Shown here: positions 27,568 to 37,154 of the stretch, in pieces | Numbering within the stretch: the stretch's first letter is position 1 | Layout: the number at the start of each line of letters is the position of its first letter | DNA from: an uncultured Acidobacteriota bacterium | GTDB lineage: Bacteria > Acidobacteriota > Blastocatellia > Pyrinomonadales > Pyrinomonadaceae | Length of the DNA stretch: 64,000 nucleotides | Assembly: GCA_963791265.1 (NCBI GenBank) | Contig: CAWBSB010000014.1 | Coordinates: 42,837-106,836, forward strand | Direction of reading: 5' to 3' | Program-made: the position numbers and the translations under genes | The notes under the pieces: generated by a model | Told to the model about the DNA's origin: nothing | Database searches by the model: none | Seen by the model: only the letters and a program-made list of their open reading frames with translations

Positions 27568-27789
27568 GTCTTTGACCCTGAAAGGGTCACATACAATAGC
27601 CGGGGGCAGAGCGTAGCGTCGCCCCCGGTACTCCATGGAAAATGATTCCCGACCCTGAAGGGGTCGCATATTCAACATTGGATATACGACCCCTTCAGGG
27701 TCGAAATCTTTGCTCCTGCTGTTTCCGGGGGCGACGCGCGCACGCGCTTGCCCCCGGCTATTATATATGACCCTTTCAGGGTCAAAGAC
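27568..27789. repeat. nested-palindrome element, variant (gaccctgaaagggtc / ccgggggc...gcccccgg / cgaccctgaaggggtcg)
   Basis: Terminal gtctttgaccc...gggtcaaagac. Keeps the acaatagcc / ggctattat linkers of the main family, but the stems are different sequences. Confidence 0.85.
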
Positions 27790-28003
27790 ATTGTGGTCAC
27801 AGGCTGCTTATCTTGACACCTGCGCTCGCGCGCTTGTACACTCGCGCTCTTTCAAGCAGCAAGACAATTTTACACTGAACTGTTGAGCGCGCGTCGGACA
27901 GCGCGCAGGCTTGCGCTCTTCGCGTTGCATCCCAAAACGCGGCAAGTTTTCAGTTTGCAATCAAAGACCGGGCTATTTCCTAACTCAGAAAGGAATCATC
28001 AAC

Positions 28004-28939
28004 ATGGGCAAGCGAAACAAGATTACTGTAGTTGGCGCGGGCAACGTCGGCGCGACCGCCGCGCACTGGTTGGCGAGCAAGGAACTCGGCGATGTCGTGC
28101 TGGTTGACATCGTCGAAGGTATGCCACAGGGCAAGGCTCTAGACCTGGCGCAGGCCGCCCCCATCGAAGGCTTTGACGCGCGACTCGTCGGCTCGACCAG
28201 CGACTACTCGCTGACGGCGAACTCCGATGTCGTCATCATCACTTCGGGGCTGGCGCGAAAGCCCGGCATGAGCCGCGACGACCTGTTGAAGACTAACGCC
28301 GGTATTGTTTCGAGCGTCGTTGACGAAGTGGTGAAATACTCACCCGACTCGATTTTGATTATCGTCTCGAATCCGCTCGACGCCATGTGTCAGGTGGCAT
28401 ACAAACGCTCAGGCTTTCCCAAGCATCGCGTTCTCGGTATGGCGGGCGTGCTCGATTCGGCGCGCATGCGCTGCTTCCTTGCCGAAGCTCTCGATGTGTC
28501 AGTTGAGAACGTGACGGCATTCGTGCTTGGTGGGCACGGCGACACGATGGTTCCTTTGACGCGCTATTCCACCTGCGCCGGAATCCCTGTCACAGAACTG
28601 CTGCCGAAAGAACAACTGGACGCGATTGTGAAGCGCACAGCCGGTGGCGGAGCAGAAATCGTCGCGCTCCTCAAAACCGGGTCAGCTTACTACGCACCGT
28701 CTGCGGCAGCCGTCGAGATGACTGAAAGCATTCTCAAGGACAAGAAAAAGATTCTGCCCTGCGCCGCCTATCTCGAAGGCGAGTACGGCATCAACGGCCT
28801 CTACGTCGGCGTGCCCTGCAAACTCGGCGCACGCGGCCTCGAACAGATCATCGAGATTAACCTGCTGGCCGAAGAGCGCATCGCCCTGCAAAAGAGCGCG
28901 GCGGCGGTTCAGGAACTCATTGACGTGCTGGGAATCTGA
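28004..28939 (+). CDS. mdh: malate dehydrogenase (LDH-like family)
   Basis: [18 protein letters not shown] Rossmann motif and the IVSNPLDAM and GGHGDTMVP motifs. aaaggaa SD before the ATG at 28004. Confidence 0.92.
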   Translation: MGKRNKITVVGAGNVGATAAHWLASKELGDVVLVDIVEGMPQGKALDLAQAAPIEGFDARLVGSTSDYSLTANSDVVIITSGLARKPGMSRDDLLKTNAGIVSSVVDEVVKYSPDSILIIVSNPLDAMCQVAYKRSGFPKHRVLGMAGVLDSARMRCFLAEALDVSVENVTAFVLGGHGDTMVPLTRYSTCAGIPVTELLPKEQLDAIVKRTAGGGAEIVALLKTGSAYYAPSAAAVEMTESILKDKKKILPCAAYLEGEYGINGLYVGVPCKLGARGLEQIIEINLLAEERIALQKSAAAVQELIDVLGI

Positions 28940-28941
28940 AG

Positions 28942-29030
28942 AAGGAAAAATTAAAAAGGTAAAAGGCAACAGCCCCGGAGGAGAACAGCCCCTTCGGGGC
29001 TGTTGCCTTTTACCATTCTACTTTTTCCTT
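28942..29030. terminator. long hairpin between convergent genes (bidirectional terminator candidate)
   Basis: aaggaaaaattaaaaaggtaaaaggcaacagcccc pairs with ggggctgttgccttttaccattctactttttcctt. A/T runs flank it on both sides. Confidence 0.7.
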
Positions 29031-29035
29031 GACTG

Positions 29036-30685
29036 TTACTTGACCGATAGGGCGGGGAGCATCTTGCTAATAACGCGCTGTAGTTCGTCGCGCATGATGG
29101 GCTTGACGAGGAAGCGGTCGCAACCGGCAGTCTCTGCGGCTTGACGTTCATTGTCCGTGTCGTGGCCGGTTAAGACGATGATCGGAATGCCGCGCAGGTG
29201 CTCCATCTCTTTTATCGCCGCGATCAGTTCGCCGCCGTTCATCTCCGGCATTGACCAATCGGTGAGCAGCAGATCAATTGACCTTGCTTTGAGAATCTCA
29301 AGAGCTTCAAATGCGTTAGCGGCGGTCTCGACCTGGTAGCCCATGCGCGCGACCAGTTTTTTCAGGAGCAGCAGGAGTTCCGGCGCGTCGTCAACAATCA
29401 GGATGCGCTGCATCTCTGACGGGGACACCTGCTGGCTCGCAGGCAGCACGAGAGAATAGACTGTGCCACGCCCGCGCTGGCTGCGAACCGCGACGTTGCC
29501 GCCATGTGCGGCAGCAATGCGCTTGGCGATTGCCAAGCCTATGCCATTAAAGCCTGCGCTGCGATTATCGGAAGCCTGCCAGAAGGCGTCGAAGACGAAC
29601 GGAACTTCTTCGGGCGGAATCCCCTGGCTCGAATCACTGATGCTGACGATGATGAAACGCTTTCCTTCATCGCCGATACGCGTTCCCATGATCGCTTGCG
29701 CTTCGATCTGGACAGCGCCCCCGTCGGGGGTGGCAGCCAGCGCTGTCGTCAGCAGATGACAAAGAGCGCGTCGCGTTTGCCGCCCGTCTACGCAGAGCGA
29801 AAGATCGCGCGCCATCACGTTGATGTTCAATTCAACGCCGCGTAGAGCCGCTTCGCCCCTTAGGGGTTCAGCCACTTCTTCCAGCAAGCCTTCCGCGCTC
29901 ACTTCTTCCAGCGTGAGCTTCAGCGGCTGCTCGTGCTGGCGCGCAATCTCCAGATGATCGTCAAGGAGATGGCGCATCCGGTCGCCGTTCTCGATGGCAT
30001 TGTTCAAGAGTTGGCGGTCTTCCAGATCAAAAGGCTCGCGCGCCTGTAACTTGCTTTCAAGAAGCTCCAGCAGTCCCAGCACGCTCGTCAGCGGCAGGCG
30101 TATGTCGCGCACTAAGGTATTAACAAACCCGCTCTTTAGACGATCCACCTCGCGCAGGCTATCGTTCGTCACCTCAAGGCGAGCGCGCAGCAGAATCACC
30201 TGCGAGGCAGCAGCCACAACGTCCGCGAGCCACATCAATCTCTCGGTATCATCTTTCGTAAAGGCCCCCGCCTCGACGCTCGCAAAGCAGAGCAACCCGA
30301 AACAGTTTCCACCCATCGAGAGCGGCAGAGCGAGCGCAGACTTCGCTTCCTGCCCCAGCTCGCTCACGCTGCTCTGGCGCAACTCGCTTTCCTCAATCAC
30401 CCTGCAAGAGCCTTCGCCAAGCATCTGCGCGAGCATCGTCTCAGCTCGATTAAAGCAGTCATCCGCAAGCGCACTCTCTTCATCGCGTGACGCACGCCAG
30501 ACACGAATCCCTTGCCCGTCAGATTCCGGCAGCACCAGGCTGCAATAATCAAACGCAAGCAGTTGTGAAACGGCTTCTCCGGCCAGCGCCTGAACAAGAA
30601 GCTGTGGATGTCGGGCACGATTGATGCTTGAAGTGACACGCGCGCGAGACACGTCAATCCGCACACTTGACTCGTCTGTGGGCAT
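29036..30685 (-). CDS. GAF / HisKA-like / HATPase-like / REC hybrid protein with degenerate kinase motifs
   Basis: The H-box position reads FVNTLVRDIRLPLTSV, with Arg where SHELRTPL has His. N-box-like LLTTALAAT, G1-like DSSQGI and G2 NGIGLAIAKRI. C-terminal REC (ILIVDD...LLLTDWSMPEMNG...KP). Confidence 0.75.
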   Translation of the reverse strand: MPTDESSVRIDVSRARVTSSINRARHPQLLVQALAGEAVSQLLAFDYCSLVLPESDGQGIRVWRASRDEESALADDCFNRAETMLAQMLGEGSCRVIEESELRQSSVSELGQEAKSALALPLSMGGNCFGLLCFASVEAGAFTKDDTERLMWLADVVAAASQVILLRARLEVTNDSLREVDRLKSGFVNTLVRDIRLPLTSVLGLLELLESKLQAREPFDLEDRQLLNNAIENGDRMRHLLDDHLEIARQHEQPLKLTLEEVSAEGLLEEVAEPLRGEAALRGVELNINVMARDLSLCVDGRQTRRALCHLLTTALAATPDGGAVQIEAQAIMGTRIGDEGKRFIIVSISDSSQGIPPEEVPFVFDAFWQASDNRSAGFNGIGLAIAKRIAAAHGGNVAVRSQRGRGTVYSLVLPASQQVSPSEMQRILIVDDAPELLLLLKKLVARMGYQVETAANAFEALEILKARSIDLLLTDWSMPEMNGGELIAAIKEMEHLRGIPIIVLTGHDTDNERQAAETAGCDRFLVKPIMRDELQRVISKMLPALSVK

Positions 30686-30872
30686 ATTTAGTTGTCTTGG
30701 ACTCCTCGTGGAGAGATTTTTCGGGAAGAGATGAAAAGCGTTGACGGCAGTTTCTGGGCTGCCTTCAACGAAGTTTATACAAGTTGGCCTATGATGGCAA
30801 GAGAAAATCTCAGGAAAACAGCCGGGCGGGGATAGTCAAGGCTAATGGAGCAAGCAGAACTTGCCAGCGGTC

Positions 30873-32429
30873 TCAGACGACGTAAATCAATATCGCCAGC
30901 GCGAGGCCGAAAACGACCAGCGCCGTCTTGTACAAATAGATGAAGGCTTTTTGTCTTCGCGCGACGATTTCCGCCATCGCGTCGTAGAGGGAGAGCGCGG
31001 CTTTCTCTTTCTCTTCGGCGGCGACAGCGTGGGCGCGACGCGCCAGCCTGACCCTGTAAGTCTCGCCGCCGCAGTAGCCGCAGATTGCGACCAGATCGCC
31101 CGCCGCGTAAGAGATGCCGCCTCCGCACAGGTGGCAGTTTGTCACCTCAGCCTCGCCAACTTTTTCCCCGACAACCGGAATCAACGGCAGGCGTTTGCGC
31201 GTTCCCGCCAGATAAGAGGCGTAAGCCCAGAGCGCCACAGCCAGGCTGAGACCGCCGAGCACGGCGAACAAGCCTAGAAAGGCCGTGGAAGTTTTGATAG
31301 CGAAAAGGCTATCGCCGAGCTTGCTGAACGTGCCGAGGGCGGTCGCCGCCAGCAGGAAGAAGGGCAGCAGCCACAACGTCCAGCGGATAGGCCAGATCGT
31401 GAAGAGGTTCGCGCGACGCCACGCAATGACCGCTCTCTCCATGCGCTCAGACACTTTGGCGCGCAGGCGGACGGTTGCGGCGTAGTCTTCGGGGACGGGG
31501 ATGGACGTGTCGCAGCGCGGGCATTGCATCGCATCGGGTTTGAGCGGCACGCCCGCACCGCATTGTTCGCACTTGAGCGGGGCGAGGTGCGGCAGTTCGT
31601 CGCCGCTCTTGACGGCGTTGCGGGTCGCGTGTGGCCGCGTCAGTTTCTTGCCCAGGTATCCGACCAGAAAGCTGAAGACGATCAGGAAGGGCAGAATCCA
31701 TCCTTCCAGCCGCGCGACCTTGTAGCCGAAATATTGCAGCTTCTGTCTGGACGACAGAGGCGTGCCCGTTTCAATCAGGGCTTTGGCGGCCAGCCCGCGA
31801 AGCTCACGCGCGGCGATGTCGAGCGGGGTCTCTCCATCGTTGTTTTTAGTCGCGAGGTTTGCGCCTCGCGCGGCGAGCGCCCTGATTGTCTCCGCATCGC
31901 CGATTCTGGCGGCTTCTTCCAGCGGCGTCGTGCCGTCAATGTCGCGGGCGTTAACGTCTGCGCCCCGCTCAAGAAGCCCGTTGACGACACGCGCCGATTG
32001 AGCCTGGCGCTCATAAGCTACGGTATTGAATCCTTTTCTGATGACGACTAAGAGCGGCGTCCTGCCATCATCATTGGCTAGATTAGGGTCTGCGCCTTTA
32101 TCAAGCAGCATTGTCGCCAGCGCATATTTTTCCTCCGCCACGGCCACGAAGAGAGCTGTTTGGTCGAATTCGTCGCGGGCGTTGAGGTCTACGCCTGCCG
32201 CCAGATAAAGCTCGACAATCTTTTGGCGGCCATCGCCCGCCGCGTCTATGAAATCCGCGATTGTTTCGCGGCTCGTTTCGTCTGTGCTGAGGTCGAAGGA
32301 TTGTTTAAGGCTCTTTAATTCCGCTTGGGCCTCTTCCGCCGTTTGCGCGCAGACGCAGGCACTGAAGGCCATCAGAAGTATTGGCAGTAGGAGGAAGCGC
32401 GGTAATTTCGGCACGCAGACGACTCGCAC
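30873..32429 (-). CDS. ankyrin-repeat protein with signal peptide, TM segments and two CxxC...CxxC zinc-ribbon-like motifs
   Basis: Ankyrin units (DGRTPLLVVI..G, DGTTPLEEAARIGD, DGETPLDIAA). CEQCGAGVPLKPDAMQCPRC and CHLCGGGISYAAGDLVAICGYCGG. Several hydrophobic helices. Confidence 0.7.
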   Translation of the reverse strand: MRVVCVPKLPRFLLLPILLMAFSACVCAQTAEEAQAELKSLKQSFDLSTDETSRETIADFIDAAGDGRQKIVELYLAAGVDLNARDEFDQTALFVAVAEEKYALATMLLDKGADPNLANDDGRTPLLVVIRKGFNTVAYERQAQSARVVNGLLERGADVNARDIDGTTPLEEAARIGDAETIRALAARGANLATKNNDGETPLDIAARELRGLAAKALIETGTPLSSRQKLQYFGYKVARLEGWILPFLIVFSFLVGYLGKKLTRPHATRNAVKSGDELPHLAPLKCEQCGAGVPLKPDAMQCPRCDTSIPVPEDYAATVRLRAKVSERMERAVIAWRRANLFTIWPIRWTLWLLPFFLLAATALGTFSKLGDSLFAIKTSTAFLGLFAVLGGLSLAVALWAYASYLAGTRKRLPLIPVVGEKVGEAEVTNCHLCGGGISYAAGDLVAICGYCGGETYRVRLARRAHAVAAEEKEKAALSLYDAMAEIVARRQKAFIYLYKTALVVFGLALAILIYVV

Positions 32430-32450
32430 TTTCGCCGGGGAAAGTTAAGA

Positions 32451-32618
32451 AGAAGTAGACAGGATTAACAGGATTAGCAGGATTAAGAAAACCAGATAAG
32501 TTAAATGAAGCCCGTGCATCAATCCGCCGCCGTAGCGGCAACGCTGCACACTATTCATTTAGCCTGATGCTTCTTCCCTTGACCCTGTGCATCTTGTTAA
32601 TCTCGGTCTATTGCTTCT
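32451..32618. repeat. GACAGGAT-family element (copy 4, larger diverged loop)
   Basis: agaagtagacaggattaacaggattagcaggattaagaaa ... catcttgttaatctcggtctattgcttct. Confidence 0.8.
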
Positions 32619-32708
32619 CGGTTTTATTAGAGATTCCAGTTAAAGCGTCGCCCCTTGTACTCGATCTTGAAAGGTGTGTTTGTTGTTCTCCCGCTTTTGA
32701 CCTGGGGG

Positions 32709-33473
32709 CTATCCCCTCAGCCAGCCGAACAGTCCGTGAACGACCGTCTCGCGGTTCTCTTCGTAGATGGCTTTCGTCAAGGGAAGGGACATCGGGCAGA
32801 CGCGGACGCAGTTCTGTGCGTTGCCGCAGTTGGTGATGCCGTCATCGCCCATGATGCCTTCCAGGCGCTCGTCGCGCGTGATCTTGCCGGTCGGGTGCAT
32901 GTTGAAGAGTCTGACTTGCGCGATGGCTTGCGGGCCGATGTAGTTGTCGCCGTCGTATTGCGGGCAGGCTTCAAGACAGCAGCCGCAAGTCATGCAGCGC
33001 GAGTAAGCATAGCGCTCGGCCACATCTTCCTGAGACATCTTCGGGCCTGGGCCTAGATCGTAAGAGCCGTCAATTTCTATCCAGGCGTGAACGCGCTTGA
33101 GGTGATCGAACATCTGCGAGCGATCAACGATGAGGTCGCGCACGTTCGGAAACTTGGACATCGGCTCAAGCGTGATGGGTTGATCCAGTTGGTCAACGAG
33201 CGCGGAGCAAGATTGTCTGACCTTCCCGTTGATGACCATCGTGCAAATGCCGCAGACCTGTTCCAGACAGTTCATGTTCCAGACGGGCGGTGTGGTGCGC
33301 TTGCCGTCGCGCGTGACGGGATTCTTTTGAATCTCCATCAGGCAGGAGATGATGTTGAGGTTCGGGCGATAGGGAAGCTCAAACTCTTCCCAGTATTGCT
33401 CGGCGTCCGGGTTCTGGCGTCTGCGAATGCGTATGACGACTCTTTGTGTTCCGTTATTAGTTTGTGCGCTCAT
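32709..33473 (-). CDS. sdhB: succinate dehydrogenase/fumarate reductase iron-sulfur subunit
   Basis: Cys clusters CGICTMVINGK, CMTCGCCLEACP and CGNAQNCVRVCP. Confidence 0.92.
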   Translation of the reverse strand: MSAQTNNGTQRVVIRIRRRQNPDAEQYWEEFELPYRPNLNIISCLMEIQKNPVTRDGKRTTPPVWNMNCLEQVCGICTMVINGKVRQSCSALVDQLDQPITLEPMSKFPNVRDLIVDRSQMFDHLKRVHAWIEIDGSYDLGPGPKMSQEDVAERYAYSRCMTCGCCLEACPQYDGDNYIGPQAIAQVRLFNMHPTGKITRDERLEGIMGDDGITNCGNAQNCVRVCPMSLPLTKAIYEENRETVVHGLFGWLRG

Positions 33474-34050
33474 CGGTTTCCGTTTCCGTTACCTTGTCAT
33501 AAACAGCGCTCAGATTGAGCGTGCATTCAATAGATGGCAAAGAGAGCGAGCTTTCCCTGCCGATAGCAGCCGTGTACTTCCATGTCGCATCGGATTGCCT
33601 GATGTACTGCTCAACGACTGGCTTGTGTTGGGAAATCAAGATGTATTCCTGCAAAGATTTTAACTGCTGGTAAGCCTGAAACTTTTTGCCTCTGTCAAAA
33701 GCTTCTGTGCTTTCCGAGAGAACTTCGATGATCAAGATTGGATTGAGAAGGACATCCGTGCGTTCGTCGTGAAACTGCGGCTCACCGCAAATAACGGATA
33801 CATCAGGATAAAAGAACTTGCGCGAATCCGGCATACGCACCTTGATGTCACTTGGCAGCGCGCTGCAAGGGCGTCCCCTGAGTTGTTGCCCAAGTTCGAT
33901 AATTACGTTTGCGACAATCTTATTGTGATTCAGGCTTGCGCCTGACATAGCGTACACCATGCCGTTGAAGTATTCGCTCTTGTAATCGGCTTGCCGTTCC
34001 AGAGCCAGATACTCTTCCGGTGATAGATAGATGTTCGCTTGCGTTGACAT
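33457..34050 (-). CDS. Uma2-family (DUF820) putative endonuclease
   Basis: LSPEEYLALERQADYKSEYFNGMVYAMSGASLNHNKIV...PDVSVICG...IIEVLSEST is the Uma2 pattern. AT-richer than the flanks. Overlaps the sdhB start by 17 nt. Confidence 0.75.
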   Translation of the reverse strand: MSTQANIYLSPEEYLALERQADYKSEYFNGMVYAMSGASLNHNKIVANVIIELGQQLRGRPCSALPSDIKVRMPDSRKFFYPDVSVICGEPQFHDERTDVLLNPILIIEVLSESTEAFDRGKKFQAYQQLKSLQEYILISQHKPVVEQYIRQSDATWKYTAAIGRESSLSLPSIECTLNLSAVYDKVTETETDERTN

Positions 34051-34100
34051 AAAGCGTAAACCAGCCTGACGGAATAATCCGTCGTCAGTTCACCACGCGC

Positions 34101-36122
34101 TCAGACCTCGTCGGATTTACCACCTGCGTCCTCGATTGATTTGCCTTGCTCTTTCCTCGACGCGTCGTCGTTCACAGGATCGTTGACCTTCTCTTTGTCC
34201 TGCGCCCAGACGACCGCGCCGCTCAGGTTTTCCGGCTTCTGTTCTTCTCCGCCCAGTGGAACTTGCTTTGCACCATCTTTCGGCGGGAGTCCCGAAGCGG
34301 TCGAAGCCGCAGTAGTGACAGCGGCCTTGCCCGTCTCCTGCTTGCCTTTGCTGTAATCGCGCTTGCGCGGTTTGATGAGCGAAGTTTCAACGGCCTCGTA
34401 AGAAAGCACAGGGCCTTCGCCCGAATATTCCGCGATCGTAGTCTTGAGGAAGTTCTCATCATCGCGGTTCGGAAAGTCCGGCTTGTAGTGAGCGCCGCGC
34501 GATTCGTTGCGATTGAGCGCACCCAGCGTGATGACGCGCGCCAGTTCCAGCATGTTCTTCAGGTGACGCGCGTGCGGCAGAGCCATCGTCGCCCACAGGT
34601 TCGAGTCGTTGATGGAAATGTGCCGGTAGCGATCCAGCAATTCGAGGAGTTTCGCGTCCGTCGCCTGCAATTTGTCGTTGTAGCGCACGACCGTCACGTT
34701 GTCCGTCATCCACTTGCCCATCTCTTCGTGCAGGATGTACTGGTTCTCCGTGCCCGATTGCTTGATGAGCGCGTCGTTAATCTCTTCCTGGCGCTTTAGC
34801 TCCTGTTCGTAAATGCGCGACCCGTCAGCGCCGTTGCGCTCAACCCCTTTCGCGTACTCGATGGCAGCGGGCGCGGCGACGAAACCGCCAAAGACGCAAC
34901 TGACAAGAGAGTTTGCGCCGAGACGATTGGCGCCGTGAATCGAGTAGTCGCATTCGCCTGCTGCCAGCAGTCCCGGAATGTTCGTGCGCTGGTCGAAGTC
35001 AACCCACAGGCCGCCCATTGAATAATGCACGCCCGGAAAGATTCGCATCGGCACATGGCGCGGGTCGTCGCCGACGAACATCTCATAAATCTCAAGGATC
35101 GCGCCGAGTTTGCGGTCGAGCGTTTCAGCCGGGATGTGCGAGAGATCGAGATAGACTTGATTCTCACCACCAATGCCCATGCCGTCCAGACAGACCTGAA
35201 AGATTTCTCGCGTGGCGATGTCGCGCGGAACGAGGTTGCCGTAAGCAGGATATTTCTCTTCGAGAAAGTACCAACGCTCATCTTCGGGAATTGAAGAGGG
35301 ATTGCGCGTATCATTCGGCTGTCGCGGAACCCAGACGCGACCGCCTTCGCCGCGCGCCGATTCAGACATCAAGCGCAACTTGTCTTCGCCGGGGATAGAA
35401 GTCGGGTGAACCTGTATGAACTCGCCGTTGGCATATTTCGCGCCTTGCTGGTAGCAGGCTGAAACGGCGCTGCCCGTACAGACCATCGAGTTGGTTGACT
35501 TGCCGAAGATGAGTCCCGGCCCACCCGTCGCCATAATCACTGCATCGGCTTTGAAGGCTTTGAGTTCAAGCGTCTGCAAGTTCATCGCGACAAGGCCGCG
35601 ACAGACCCCGTGATCGTCCATGATGAGCGACATCATCTCCCAGCCTTCGTACTTCTGAACCTGACCTTCGGCTTCGCGGCGTCTCACCTGCTCGTCGAGC
35701 GCATAGAGAAGTTGTTGCCCGGTGGAAGCTCCCGCAAAGGCTGTGCGGTGATGCTTCGTTCCGCCGAAGCGACGAAAGTCGAGCAAACCTTCTTTGGTGC
35801 GCGAGAAGGGAACGCCCATGCGGTCGAAGAGGTAGATGATGGCAGGAGCCATCTCGCACATGGCTTTGGCTGGCGGCTGGTTCGCCAGAAAGTCGCCGCC
35901 GTAAACCGTGTCGTCAAAATGCTCCCAGGTCGAATCGCCCTCGCCCTTGGTGTTGACCGCGCCGTTGATGCCGCCCTGAGCGCAGACAGAGTGTGAGCGT
36001 TTGACCGGGACGACCGAGAAGAGGTCAACCGAGTGTCCGCCTTCGGCGATCTTCATGGCCGCCGCCAACCCCGCGAGGCCGCCGCCGACGACTGCTATCT
36101 TGATTCCGTTGCTTGCTGCCAT
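34101..36122 (-). CDS. sdhA: succinate dehydrogenase/fumarate reductase flavoprotein subunit with a low-complexity C-terminal tail
   Basis: IAVVGGGLAGLAAA FAD motif, SHSVCAQGGING, and HPTSIPG...RGEGG. Start at MAASNG (36122), 1 nt after the sdhC stop. Confidence 0.92.
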   Translation of the reverse strand: MAASNGIKIAVVGGGLAGLAAAMKIAEGGHSVDLFSVVPVKRSHSVCAQGGINGAVNTKGEGDSTWEHFDDTVYGGDFLANQPPAKAMCEMAPAIIYLFDRMGVPFSRTKEGLLDFRRFGGTKHHRTAFAGASTGQQLLYALDEQVRRREAEGQVQKYEGWEMMSLIMDDHGVCRGLVAMNLQTLELKAFKADAVIMATGGPGLIFGKSTNSMVCTGSAVSACYQQGAKYANGEFIQVHPTSIPGEDKLRLMSESARGEGGRVWVPRQPNDTRNPSSIPEDERWYFLEEKYPAYGNLVPRDIATREIFQVCLDGMGIGGENQVYLDLSHIPAETLDRKLGAILEIYEMFVGDDPRHVPMRIFPGVHYSMGGLWVDFDQRTNIPGLLAAGECDYSIHGANRLGANSLVSCVFGGFVAAPAAIEYAKGVERNGADGSRIYEQELKRQEEINDALIKQSGTENQYILHEEMGKWMTDNVTVVRYNDKLQATDAKLLELLDRYRHISINDSNLWATMALPHARHLKNMLELARVITLGALNRNESRGAHYKPDFPNRDDENFLKTTIAEYSGEGPVLSYEAVETSLIKPRKRDYSKGKQETGKAAVTTAASTASGLPPKDGAKQVPLGGEEQKPENLSGAVVWAQDKEKVNDPVNDDASRKEQGKSIEDAGGKSDEV

Positions 36123-36123
36123 A

Positions 36124-36813
36124 TCAGTAAAAGAGACCTCCCCACAAGCCGCCCGGATGCACAAAAGCCGTCAAGGCGTTAATCGCCACCGCCAATAGCG
36201 CCACGCCGAAAGCTATACAGGCATAGCCGGTCAGACGTTGCGCGCGCGCGCCAATCGTAATACCCCAGTCAACGAGAAAGAGCCAGATGCCGTTGGCGAA
36301 GTGCCAGACGGTAGACGTGATTCCGATGACGTAGATGGTAAATATCCAGGTCTTACTAAACTCGCCCTTGACGATAGAGAATGCCTCGCGAGGATTATGC
36401 GCGACAGAGTGGCCGTAAGTTTCCAGTCCCGGAATGATGCCGAAGCGCATATTCAGCACGTGAAAGGCGATGAAGAAGAAGAGAATCACGCCCGTCATGC
36501 GTTGAATCGTGTAGAACCAGTTGCGCGGGTACGGGTATGCCAGATTGTTGGGACGCGCTTCCCACGTAATGACTAAGCCGTAGACTGCGTGATAGATCAG
36601 CGGAATGAAGATGAAGGTGATTTCGACGAGCAGGATATAGGGAATGCCTTGCAGCCACGCGACCGCTTCGTTGAAGTCGCTAACGCCCGTGTTCGGGTTG
36701 ACCGCCTTCGAGTTGGTATAAAAATGCTCCAGCAGAAATGCGCCGAGCGGCACAATACCTGAAAGCTGGTGCAGCTTGCGCAAGATGAAAGTCCTGCTCA
36801 AACGGATAGCCAC
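36124..36813 (-). CDS. sdhC: succinate dehydrogenase cytochrome b subunit (type-B, 5-TM, b558 family)
   Basis: RKLHQLSGIVPLGAFLLEHF resembles the B. subtilis-type SdhC N-terminus. Five TM helices with conserved His. GTG at 36813 chosen for its gaaggag SD 8 nt upstream; the ORF-track start is 36867. Confidence 0.75.
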   Translation of the reverse strand: MAIRLSRTFILRKLHQLSGIVPLGAFLLEHFYTNSKAVNPNTGVSDFNEAVAWLQGIPYILLVEITFIFIPLIYHAVYGLVITWEARPNNLAYPYPRNWFYTIQRMTGVILFFFIAFHVLNMRFGIIPGLETYGHSVAHNPREAFSIVKGEFSKTWIFTIYVIGITSTVWHFANGIWLFLVDWGITIGARAQRLTGYACIAFGVALLAVAINALTAFVHPGGLWGGLFY

Positions 36814-37061
36814 AGAAAACACTCCTTCGCCCGAAGGCTCTTCAAACGAGCACTGAGAAAGCTTCAACGAGGCGGGATGATTTAAGATTGCGCCGAACGC
36901 CGGAAATTATATGACTTGGCGGACGACCCGTGCAACCACATACCGCCTCCTCTTTCGACATGTATCCTCCCGCCTCTCCTTGGCACCATCAATGATAGCC
37001 GCCCATTCATATAAGGTAAAATGAAAAATCTTGCGCTTCTTGTTCAGAAATACTTATAATT

Positions 37062-37150
37062 CAGTGGTCAGTGGTCAGTAGTCGGTGGTCAGTTAAAAGC
37101 AAAACGCTTTTGTTCTTAACTGACCACTGACCACTGACCACTGACCACTG
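37062..37150. repeat. heptamer-repeat hairpin, family B
   Basis: cagtggt cagtggt cagtagt cggtggt cagttaaaag ... cttaac tgaccac tgaccac tgaccac tgaccac tg. The LysR ATG follows 4 nt later. Confidence 0.9.
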
Positions 37151-37154
37151 ATTC

